Origin: an uncultured Poribacteria bacterium
GTDB lineage: Bacteria; Poribacteria; WGA-4E; WGA-3G
NCBI GenBank assembly: GCA_951828385.1
Contig: OX639973.1
Span: 1,728,470-1,792,469, forward strand
Length of the DNA: 64,000 bases
Direction: 5' to 3'
The translations under genes were made by a program, and so were the position numbers. Positions 56,552 to 64,000 of this stretch are shown piece by piece (position 1 is the stretch's first letter; every line of letters starts with the position of its first letter). The notes under the pieces are model-generated. The model did not search any database, was not told the origin of the DNA, and saw only the letters and a program-made list of their open reading frames with translations.

Positions 56552-57376
56552 TTGCCTGACCGAACCGCAAGGAAAGTTAAAAATATGCATCCACTTGTTG
56601 AATTGAAGGTACCGGAAGGTTCCGTTGCTGTTCACTGGTTTGAACAGAGTAGTTTTGCTTTGAAGGATCCAACCGGGACCATTGTCCAAATTGATCCCTA
56701 CTTTCCGCGGGAACGTCCCGCGGACCGTTTTATTCATACCGAACCGCCACTCGATGAATCGGCACTTCCAACCGATTTTGTTCTCTTGACACACGCTCAC
56801 GGAGATCACACCTGTCCGGAGTCTATACGTCGGATGTGGGAAACCTCCAGTGAAATACAGTTTGTGGGACCCGAAGAGAGTGTGCGTCAAATCTCAGCAG
56901 AAACAGATGTCGCAGCTGCGAACATCTCGGAGATCCGTGCTGGAGAATCCACAACACTCAACGGTCTCACCGTACATGCCGTTTATGCCAAACCGCCTGA
57001 CGGCGATGCATCCGCTGACATAGCACCCCCGGATGTTACGCATTTGGGATACGTGATTGTTAGCAATGACGTAACACTTTACTTCAGCGGCGATCCAATC
57101 AACAATTTCGCAGAACACGACACACTAATTTCAGCGGTGGCAGCCCATAAACCGGACATCGGTTTCCTGACGAATCATCCAACCGAGGGTGAATTTCCGT
57201 TTTACGACGGGTGCGTCAAAATGGCGACGCGGATCGGACTGAAGCATGCAGTTCCGGTGCATCGCGCCTGTTTCGTCACCCGTGATTATGACCCGAACGA
57301 ATGGGCAGCACAGTTTCCGTCAAGCGGCCCCGAACCATTGATTATTGAGAGAAATTCGCATATTATTTATCAATAG
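56552..57376 (+). CDS. MBL-fold metallo-hydrolase
   Basis: VLLTHAHGDHTCPE (HxHxDH metal-binding motif). An alternative start MHPLVELKV at 56585. Confidence 0.75.
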   Translation: MPDRTARKVKNMHPLVELKVPEGSVAVHWFEQSSFALKDPTGTIVQIDPYFPRERPADRFIHTEPPLDESALPTDFVLLTHAHGDHTCPESIRRMWETSSEIQFVGPEESVRQISAETDVAAANISEIRAGESTTLNGLTVHAVYAKPPDGDASADIAPPDVTHLGYVIVSNDVTLYFSGDPINNFAEHDTLISAVAAHKPDIGFLTNHPTEGEFPFYDGCVKMATRIGLKHAVPVHRACFVTRDYDPNEWAAQFPSSGPEPLIIERNSHIIYQ

Positions 57377-57524
57377 TTATCAGTCGTCAGTACGATTTTT
57401 TCTGCGAAAAAATCTTTCAGTTTTCAGAAAGAGACTTTGGAACTATCCAAAACCTCTTGTAACTGATAACTGATAACTAATTCAACCGATAACTGACAAC
57501 TCTAAAAAAGGTACAAATACAGAT

Positions 57525-58052
57525 ATGTCGCTTCAAGCACAAAAAACGCCATTGGTTGGTATCGTGATGGGAAGTGATTCCGACTTGGAAAAGATGGCGG
57601 AAGCCGCGAAGGTTTTAGAGGAATTTGAGATCCCATTTGAGATAACGATCTCTTCCGCACACCGTTCACCTGAACGGACAACAGCGTGGACAGAGAAGAT
57701 TAAAGCAGAAGGTGGACAGGTAATTATCGCCGGTGCCGGACGTGCCGCACATCTTGCCGGTGTCATCGCAGCGCATACAACACTGCCAGTCATCGGCGTA
57801 CCGATTGACGGCGGCCCCCTTGACGGTGTTGACGCGCTTTACGCAACGGTTCAGATGCCCCCCGGTATCCCTGTCGGAACAATGGCAATCGGTTCTGGGG
57901 GGGCACGCAATGCTGGACTATTTGCTGTCCAAATTCTGGCACTTCAATTCCCCGAATTGGACGCAAAACTGCTGGCGTATAAAGAAAAACTCAGTGATGG
58001 CGTTGCGGAGAAAGCGGCGCGCCTGCAAAAAGTCGGCTATCAGGATTATTAG
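57525..58052 (+). CDS. purE: N5-carboxyaminoimidazole ribonucleotide mutase (PurE)
   Basis: LVGIVMGSDSDLEKM...ISSAHRSPERT...VIIAGAGRAAHLAGVIAAHTTLPVIGVP is the highly conserved PurE sequence pattern. Confidence 0.9.
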   Translation: MSLQAQKTPLVGIVMGSDSDLEKMAEAAKVLEEFEIPFEITISSAHRSPERTTAWTEKIKAEGGQVIIAGAGRAAHLAGVIAAHTTLPVIGVPIDGGPLDGVDALYATVQMPPGIPVGTMAIGSGGARNAGLFAVQILALQFPELDAKLLAYKEKLSDGVAEKAARLQKVGYQDY

Positions 58053-58064
58053 AGGCTGTCAATT

Positions 58065-58748
58065 ATGGAAACCGAAATAACCAAACAGTGGGACAACGAC
58101 ACAGAACTGTTTGATATGATGCAAGAACAGTTATACGCCGCTGTGATTTCGGACGCACTCGACGCAGCGGGGTACCGCGAGCAGGCACTGCGACATACCA
58201 TCCGCCCCCTTACCCCAACCACGGTTGTCGTCGGTCGCGCGATGCCTGTGCTGTGCGTAGAGGTTTACGAGATTCCAGATGAACCGTATCAGCAAGAGAT
58301 TGCAGCAGTGGATAGCCTCAAACACGATGACGTTCTCATCTGCTCAACAAACGGGAGTACCCGCATCTGTTTTTGGGGCGAACTCCTCTCAACGGCAGCC
58401 CGTGCGAGAGGGGCGCGTGGCGCGGTCATTGAAGGGTTTATCCGGGACGCTCGCCAGATCATGGCAATGGGGTTCCCAGTATTCACGACCGGATTGTCGC
58501 CTGTTGACTCAAATGGACGCGGCGATGTCGTGGCGTACAATGTTCCAATCGAATGTGGGGGTGTCACCGTCAATCCCGGCGATATCGTGTTCGGCGATGC
58601 AGACGGGGTCGTTGTTATCCCACAAGCCGTGGAAACAGAGGTGATTGTCGCTGCAGTGGAAAAGGTCAGCGGTGAAAACCGGACTCGCGATGCACTCCGC
58701 AACGGAGCAACATTGCGAGAAGTTTATGACAAATATGGAATTCTATAA
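58065..58748 (+). CDS. RraA-family protein (RraA / 4-hydroxy-4-methyl-2-oxoglutarate aldolase-like)
   Basis: GAVIEGFIRDARQIMAMGFPVFTTGLSP and GDIVFGDADGVVVIP segments typical of the RraA/DlpA fold. Confidence 0.7.
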   Translation: METEITKQWDNDTELFDMMQEQLYAAVISDALDAAGYREQALRHTIRPLTPTTVVVGRAMPVLCVEVYEIPDEPYQQEIAAVDSLKHDDVLICSTNGSTRICFWGELLSTAARARGARGAVIEGFIRDARQIMAMGFPVFTTGLSPVDSNGRGDVVAYNVPIECGGVTVNPGDIVFGDADGVVVIPQAVETEVIVAAVEKVSGENRTRDALRNGATLREVYDKYGIL

Positions 58749-58896
58749 TTTGTACTATGGTTTGGACAATTTTAAGATGACCCTAAGGCTTCTGATCAGA
58801 TGTTATCTTTCACGGAAAATAGTCCAAAGTTTAGTAATTTGTACGGGCGAGGGGATCTTGCCCCTACGTTTCTGCCTCTTACTTAGGAGAAAACGA

Positions 58897-59226
58897 ATGA
58901 TCTATGAACTACGCACATATCAGGTTGTGCCGGGGAAAATGAAAAACCTGAATGACCGGTTTGCAAATATCACCGTTCCGCTGTTTGAGAAGCACGGTAT
59001 GAAGGTTATCGGGTTTTGGGAAACAGCAATTGGTGAAGCAACGACGACAGAACTTATCTACATGCTTGCGTTTGAAGATTTGGGGCACTATCAACGGGCA
59101 TGGGATGCATTCATCGCCGATCCAGAGTGGCAAGCGGCGAAACGACTCACCGAAGTCGGGGGTCCGCTGGTGAACGTGGCGAGTTCCAAGATTATCGAAC
59201 CGACAGATTATTCACCGCTGCAATAA
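58897..59226 (+). CDS. NIPSNAP-family protein
   Basis: MIYELRTYQVVPGKMKNLNDRF...VIGFWETAIGEATTTELIYMLAFEDLGHY matches NIPSNAP. The ATG at 58897 has an AGGAG SD 7 nt upstream. The longer ORF-track start at 58645 overlaps the RraA-like gene by ~100 bp and is unlikely. Confidence 0.7.
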   Translation: MIYELRTYQVVPGKMKNLNDRFANITVPLFEKHGMKVIGFWETAIGEATTTELIYMLAFEDLGHYQRAWDAFIADPEWQAAKRLTEVGGPLVNVASSKIIEPTDYSPLQ

Positions 59227-59292
59227 GACATTTTGCCGGTCGGGATTACAAATCCCGCCTACATGGCTGACGGTTTCCGATGGTTTCCATTT

Positions 59293-62200
59293 TTATCGTA
59301 AAATGGCGAGTTTTCCCACCTGCTCTATTTTTCCATTTTCGGTGTCCGCAATGACGCGATAGAAGTATACGCCGTTGGCACAGCGCACGCCCGCTTCATC
59401 TCTGCAATCCCAACCGGTTTCGTTGGTCCCACGGTTCGCACTCACATCGTCAAGCGTTTTGAGGAGCCTGCCGTTAACACTATAAATTTTGATTGTAACC
59501 GCGTCGGGTGCCTGGGCAAGGTGATAGGTGAAAAAAGTCTTCCCGCCAAATGTCCGATCCACAGGATTCGGGACATTGAACACTTCACTGAGTGTGACTT
59601 TTTCATTTAAGGTAAAGGTCGTAACAAACTCCGCTATGTTCTCACTGGTGTCTGCCGCAGTAATCTGGAGTTGATAGTCCCCATTAGCGAGGTCCGGTGA
59701 GTATGTAATCTCGGCGTCCGCGGGAGTCGCCGGATCAAAGGTTTGCGTGTAATTGCTCGCATCTAAGGGTTCAAGTGCCTCATACAGACTTCCAAAATTG
59801 AATCGAAAAGTGGTTGCGTCAAGTGCACTATCATCAGTGAGGATAATCTTGAAGCGGGGTTGTTCTGTGAGCATTGCGCCATCTGTCAAAGGTTCATCAA
59901 GCTCTTCGTTTGCGCGCGCACCGACTTGGATATCAATAGTCGGTGGTGCGATATCAGGGGCTTCAATGACAAAAAACCTGTAACTGATCATACCCTCATC
60001 GCCGCCAATAGTGTTCCTGTTGAAATCTTGCGCGCGAATGTTGAAAGTATACTCGCCGGGGAAGAGTATCGGTCGATAATCAATCGGGACGGTTTGAAGT
60101 CCGCCTTGTGTGCGGAGTTCGTAGTCGGTAACAGTTTCAAAGGGGCCACCATCTTTTTGCTGCTCAAGCGCAAAGAACTCTGTATCAATACCGTTGGCAT
60201 CTTGCAGCAGCATAGAGATAGCAGGGCGCGGTGCAATGACACTACCGGTCTGCGGTTGAAGACCATCTACCCAGAAGTTAAAAGTCGGGGGTTCAGTATC
60301 GGTGCTACGCATGAGAGCAAACCGTGTGAGTTCAGTGACTTCCGTTGTGATAGTGGCAACGCGCGCCGTACTGAATTTAATCTTATCGCCAAACCCATAT
60401 TCTTCGGAACTTGCATTAACAAGCACTTCAAACCCGAGATGGCTAAGAAAAATCGGTTCGTTGATCTTCCCGCGTATTTTGACACCATTGGGATGATAGG
60501 AAGGTTCGTTAGAGGTATCACGGAGTTCATAGTAATTCGGATCGGTAAAGAAAATAAACCAATCGCCTGTCTCAAACTCCGCCTTGGGACCAAGTCTACT
60601 CACTACCGTTGCATTGCCGTTACCGAGATTAGCATTCCATGTGCGCGTAAGAACGACATCACCTTGTGGGTCATAGTCGGTTTCAAAAGCGAGTATATCG
60701 GCAAATTCAAAGGCGTAATTGACATCACGAGATGGATTCTCTTGCCGTGGAATCCGTAATTCTAAACCGAAGGCTTCCTCCCTGAACGGATTGTCAAGTT
60801 GCCCAGTTTTATCAAGTTTTTGACTTTGGGTTTCCCTCTTCGGCTTGAGAAATACCTCGTATTCATTTCCATCGAGAAAAATGATAATCCAAGTGCCTGC
60901 TGGCGTGAGGTTTGGGTTGATGCTGATAGCATCAGTTTCTAATTTCTGTTGGCTCGCATTTTCCATCTGTACGGGTGTAACATAATTTTCGAGCAGAAAG
61001 TCGCCTTCAGGGGTGTAGTTAATTTTCGATGGCAACCGTCGCCATGCTGATAAGTTAACATTCGCCTCATAGGGGCTGGGTACCCCGGTTTCTCCTACGT
61101 CTTGTGAACCTCGCGCAACATTTGCCTGCCACGCATAAATTGCTAACTGGTTCGTGATCTTATCGAACTCATGTTCAAATAGGGGATTGTCAGGTTGAAT
61201 ACTTTTTTCCGCTCGCACGATGTCTTCCAAAGCACTCACATCAAAACGGAGCTTGATCTCGGCAGGTTTCGCGAGCACTGACGCGCCCGTGCGAAATGCG
61301 GCCTCGTAGGATTGCGCAACCGCCCTACCTTGCCGAATGAGACCGCGCCGGAGCGCAGCGACACGCGGAATCGGGGCAAAGTGGAGGTCAGGTTGTGTCG
61401 GATCCATCGGTGATTGTGATGTAACGGCGAGGGGGATCCCCACCGTATTCTGTGTTTTGGTTTCAAGCGCGTCTGGAGGGAAATGAATGTCAAACACCCG
61501 ATCTAAACTAAAGGCTGGTAACGCTTCCTGTCTATAGATAAAATCGTTGACGATAAAAGAGAAGTGCTGCTTGTTGTCATGGTCACGCGCTTCATCAAGA
61601 TTCCCACGAATTTTGTCTTCAATACTCGGGTCGTCTGGATCGACAAGCACAAAAACTGTGTGGACACCTGTCTCAAGCGGGATTTTGAGGTCTAAAATAG
61701 CCGTTGCGCGTTGCCAGACGTACGTCCCGGCCACCCAATCCGTGGCTTTCACGACTACAGTCCCCAGAATGTCCGCGTCTTCGTCAACGACATAATCCCC
61801 ATCAGCGTCAGGGTTCCCTTCAGCGAACACGACCTCAATATCCACCAGCACTGGACGAAGCCCATTATTGACTAATTCTGCTACGAGTTGGTAAGCGTTT
61901 TTCTTCTCATCAAAAGCATATCGGATCGGTGCCCTATCTGCCTCGTCAGTACCAAGTGCAAGGTTGGGTCCCTCACGGACCCAAACGACGTTGCGTTCAT
62001 CTTTCGACGGAATAATGACTTCGTGTCCAGTACTATCGGTAATGTGAATTTGATAACGTATCTGCCGTCCCTTTCGTGGAAGCGGGATAGGTGTCTGAAG
62101 CTCATACCATTGTCCACCCTGTGGCACATCACCGAGCGGTGTGCGTGCACGGACCATAGGCGTTACCATGTCTTTAAAGTCGGCAGTATTATCCCATAAA

Positions 62201-64000
62201 ACGGTTATACTTCGTATGCCGCCCGGGCCTTTATCATCAAGGACGAGAGCACCGATACTCAGGGTATCCGTGACCTTAGTATCAAGCGTTTCACGGATGT
62301 CCTGCACGACAGGCGTATCTACCCAGAATCGGGTGCCGCCCACAGCAGCATAGGTGTCGTCATAAGCAAAAATACGGGCGATACCACCCCCGGGTAAGGC
62401 GTTGTTTGGAACATCAATCCGAACAGTTCCGTACTCTCCCCGCCAGACGTTGCCACCGACGCGCTGTCTAATATCATTGCGAAGATTATCATCAAAATTA
62501 TTTGCAAAAACCGCGAAAGCAGAAAATGTGTCTGTGCTAAAATCGGATGCACGCGTGAAACTGACACCGCCTGTACCCTCGATGCCCGAATTTCGGATCA
62601 CCCCTATCTCATTCGCCTTAATCACAATTTTATGTGTGTCATTGAGTGCGATGCGTTCCAATTCCACTTTTATATCAAGTTGAGGACGCGCAAGACGAGA
62701 TGCCGGATCACCAAAAAGCGTATATTGTTCGGCACCGGGGATCCAATCTGTGTTCCGAATCCGGTTGAGAAAACTAATTTTGGCATCGGCAACAATATAT
62801 CCTATCGTTGGCTGTGAAGGGATACTTTTAGTCCCAGCCAATTCAGGAGATTCGTGAACAACACGAAACAGTGCCTCAAAGAGGTCTATGTCAAATTCAG
62901 TATTTGCTTGTCCGTAGGTGAGCCGTGTCGCCGAGAGTGCCGCAATAGCCCCGTATTTTCCCAACAGAAACTGTTCACTGAGGCAGAAATTTCCAGCTTG
63001 CTGTGGCTTATCAAACTGTCCATTGAGACAGGTCGTTGTGATAACAAAGGGGAGGTATCGGTTCCGCAAACCGGCGGCATCCTCAATACGGAAAATAGAC
63101 TCATCCGCCCAGGTCTGGCTGCCACCGTGCCCAGCGTATTCAATTGCGAGCGCGCCTGTATTGATAGCATCGAGAATTTTTAAACGTGTGTTGTTAGGGC
63201 TCCCAATTTTTCGGAGATAGATTTGGCGAGTGTCATATCCGGGCGGGATAACCTCCTGTACCAGTTTGTCGCGTGACTCTTCAAAGATACCATCGTTGGG
63301 TTTGTCTGTATGGTCGTCTGCTACCTGAATTAATGTACCCTGCCACGCCCCGATCTTCGGATTTTTTTCATAGTCAATAATCTTTTCTACCATGGTTGTG
63401 AGGGCTTCAGGGGTTTGCACCGAGAGCCTACCAATAAGCATATCCGGCAACGGATCCTCGCCACTGATGTTGACAAAACGCTGGTCCATAGAAGTTTCAC
63501 CGCTCGCAGGTGCCCATCCATGGTACGTCGGTACGAAGTTCGGATACAGCTTATAGGTGCTGCCAAACGTCGTATCTTTGTTGTAGATTTCAACAGTGGC
63601 GCCCTTGTAATCGTAGTGTGCATCCCCAACAAGGAGCACGTATGTAGGTGCCGGTTGCTGATAGTTGTTATAAGCATACCGTAGGAATTTCTGGATCGCA
63701 AAAGGGTTGAAGAGGCCATCGCTAAATTCATTGTAGATGTCGTCAATATCAACAACCATCGTTGTTAAACCTTGCGAACGCCGGAATTCGACGAGCGGAA
63801 GAATAGTCTCAGCAAAAGTCGAGTGTGTAATAACGACATAGTCTACTTGATTAGCAGGGTTCCTTAACGGTGTCGGTGGTGTCGGAACGAGCGCGTTGAT
63901 ATTTTTATAGCTCCTACGACTGATTACAAAATAACGTCTATGCCGGTTGACAGTATCCTGAAATAAAATCTGATGACTCGCACCCGTTCGAGAAACTTCC
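59293..64000 (-). CDS. Peptidase C25 (gingipain)-like secreted protein with T9SS C-terminal sorting domain; the N-terminus runs off the window
   Basis: The reading frame continues upstream of the ATG at 63759 to the window end, encoding ...YVVITHSTFAETILPLVEFRRSQGLTTMVVDIDDIY, the conserved C25 N-terminal segment. The C-terminal ~85 aa (TFFTYHLAQAPDAVTIKIYSVNGRLLKTL...GVYFYRVIADTENGKIEQVGKLAILR) fit a T9SS/FlgD-Ig-like CTD. Confidence 0.75.
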   Translation of the reverse strand, partial: EVSRTGASHQILFQDTVNRHRRYFVISRRSYKNINALVPTPPTPLRNPANQVDYVVITHSTFAETILPLVEFRRSQGLTTMVVDIDDIYNEFSDGLFNPFAIQKFLRYAYNNYQQPAPTYVLLVGDAHYDYKGATVEIYNKDTTFGSTYKLYPNFVPTYHGWAPASGETSMDQRFVNISGEDPLPDMLIGRLSVQTPEALTTMVEKIIDYEKNPKIGAWQGTLIQVADDHTDKPNDGIFEESRDKLVQEVIPPGYDTRQIYLRKIGSPNNTRLKILDAINTGALAIEYAGHGGSQTWADESIFRIEDAAGLRNRYLPFVITTTCLNGQFDKPQQAGNFCLSEQFLLGKYGAIAALSATRLTYGQANTEFDIDLFEALFRVVHESPELAGTKSIPSQPTIGYIVADAKISFLNRIRNTDWIPGAEQYTLFGDPASRLARPQLDIKVELERIALNDTHKIVIKANEIGVIRNSGIEGTGGVSFTRASDFSTDTFSAFAVFANNFDDNLRNDIRQRVGGNVWRGEYGTVRIDVPNNALPGGGIARIFAYDDTYAAVGGTRFWVDTPVVQDIRETLDTKVTDTLSIGALVLDDKGPGGIRSITVLWDNTADFKDMVTPMVRARTPLGDVPQGGQWYELQTPIPLPRKGRQIRYQIHITDSTGHEVIIPSKDERNVVWVREGPNLALGTDEADRAPIRYAFDEKKNAYQLVAELVNNGLRPVLVDIEVVFAEGNPDADGDYVVDEDADILGTVVVKATDWVAGTYVWQRATAILDLKIPLETGVHTVFVLVDPDDPSIEDKIRGNLDEARDHDNKQHFSFIVNDFIYRQEALPAFSLDRVFDIHFPPDALETKTQNTVGIPLAVTSQSPMDPTQPDLHFAPIPRVAALRRGLIRQGRAVAQSYEAAFRTGASVLAKPAEIKLRFDVSALEDIVRAEKSIQPDNPLFEHEFDKITNQLAIYAWQANVARGSQDVGETGVPSPYEANVNLSAWRRLPSKINYTPEGDFLLENYVTPVQMENASQQKLETDAISINPNLTPAGTWIIIFLDGNEYEVFLKPKRETQSQKLDKTGQLDNPFREEAFGLELRIPRQENPSRDVNYAFEFADILAFETDYDPQGDVVLTRTWNANLGNGNATVVSRLGPKAEFETGDWFIFFTDPNYYELRDTSNEPSYHPNGVKIRGKINEPIFLSHLGFEVLVNASSEEYGFGDKIKFSTARVATITTEVTELTRFALMRSTDTEPPTFNFWVDGLQPQTGSVIAPRPAISMLLQDANGIDTEFFALEQQKDGGPFETVTDYELRTQGGLQTVPIDYRPILFPGEYTFNIRAQDFNRNTIGGDEGMISYRFFVIEAPDIAPPTIDIQVGARANEELDEPLTDGAMLTEQPRFKIILTDDSALDATTFRFNFGSLYEALEPLDASNYTQTFDPATPADAEITYSPDLANGDYQLQITAADTSENIAEFVTTFTLNEKVTLSEVFNVPNPVDRTFGGKTFFTYHLAQAPDAVTIKIYSVNGRLLKTLDDVSANRGTNETGWDCRDEAGVRCANGVYFYRVIADTENGKIEQVGKLAILR

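Noticed and set aside
59860-60759. 299-aa plus-strand ORF inside the C25-like peptidase gene
   Set aside because: Antisense shadow ORF. The minus-strand frame carries the recognisable C25 and T9SS CTD features.
1-64000. tRNA, rRNA and tmRNA genes
   Set aside because: No T-loop (GGTTCGAATCC-like) or acceptor-stem cloverleaf candidates, and no rRNA-like conserved blocks, were seen on either strand. No stable RNA is called.

Overview
This is a 64 kb bacterial contig, probably metagenomic, about 50% GC with markedly AT-richer islets. The gene content resembles uncultured PVC-like or candidate-phylum, possibly host-associated, bacteria. It includes a PSCyt-DUF1549-DUF1553 protein followed by a DUF1501 protein, a sulfatase, three large secreted proteins with T9SS-type C-terminal sorting domains, eukaryote-like YWTD, ankyrin, TPR, LamG and CotH modules, and many MDR and Gfo/Idh/MocA oxidoreductases. 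The most distinctive structural feature is a dense family of about 125 bp REP-like palindromic elements (core GTAGCACAAACTTCCAGTTTGTGC plus a second hairpin) at 12 or more intergenic loci. One locus holds about 16 tandem copies, and a candidate cognate REP-associated tyrosine transposase (RAYT) gene lies at 45.2-45.9 kb. Positions 29.6-31.2 kb hold a small AT-rich Type II R-M pair, and 33.5-49.3 kb is a lower-GC accessory and defence island. The island contains a DUF433/DUF5615 TA pair, a tightly linked SAMHD1-like HD dNTPase, Panacea (DUF4065) and XRE operon, an AbrB-like gene flanked by a segmental duplication, a 1251-aa gamma-class N6-adenine methyltransferase translationally coupled to a TIR-TPR protein, an HExxH lipoprotein, the RAYT, and a PLD-nuclease-SNF2 helicase fusion. 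No rRNA, tRNA or CRISPR was found. The 3' end (53.9-59.2 kb) is ordinary metabolism (IlvD/EDD dehydratase, VanZ, MBL hydrolase, purE, RraA-like, NIPSNAP), followed by a 5'-truncated C25-like peptidase with a T9SS tail.
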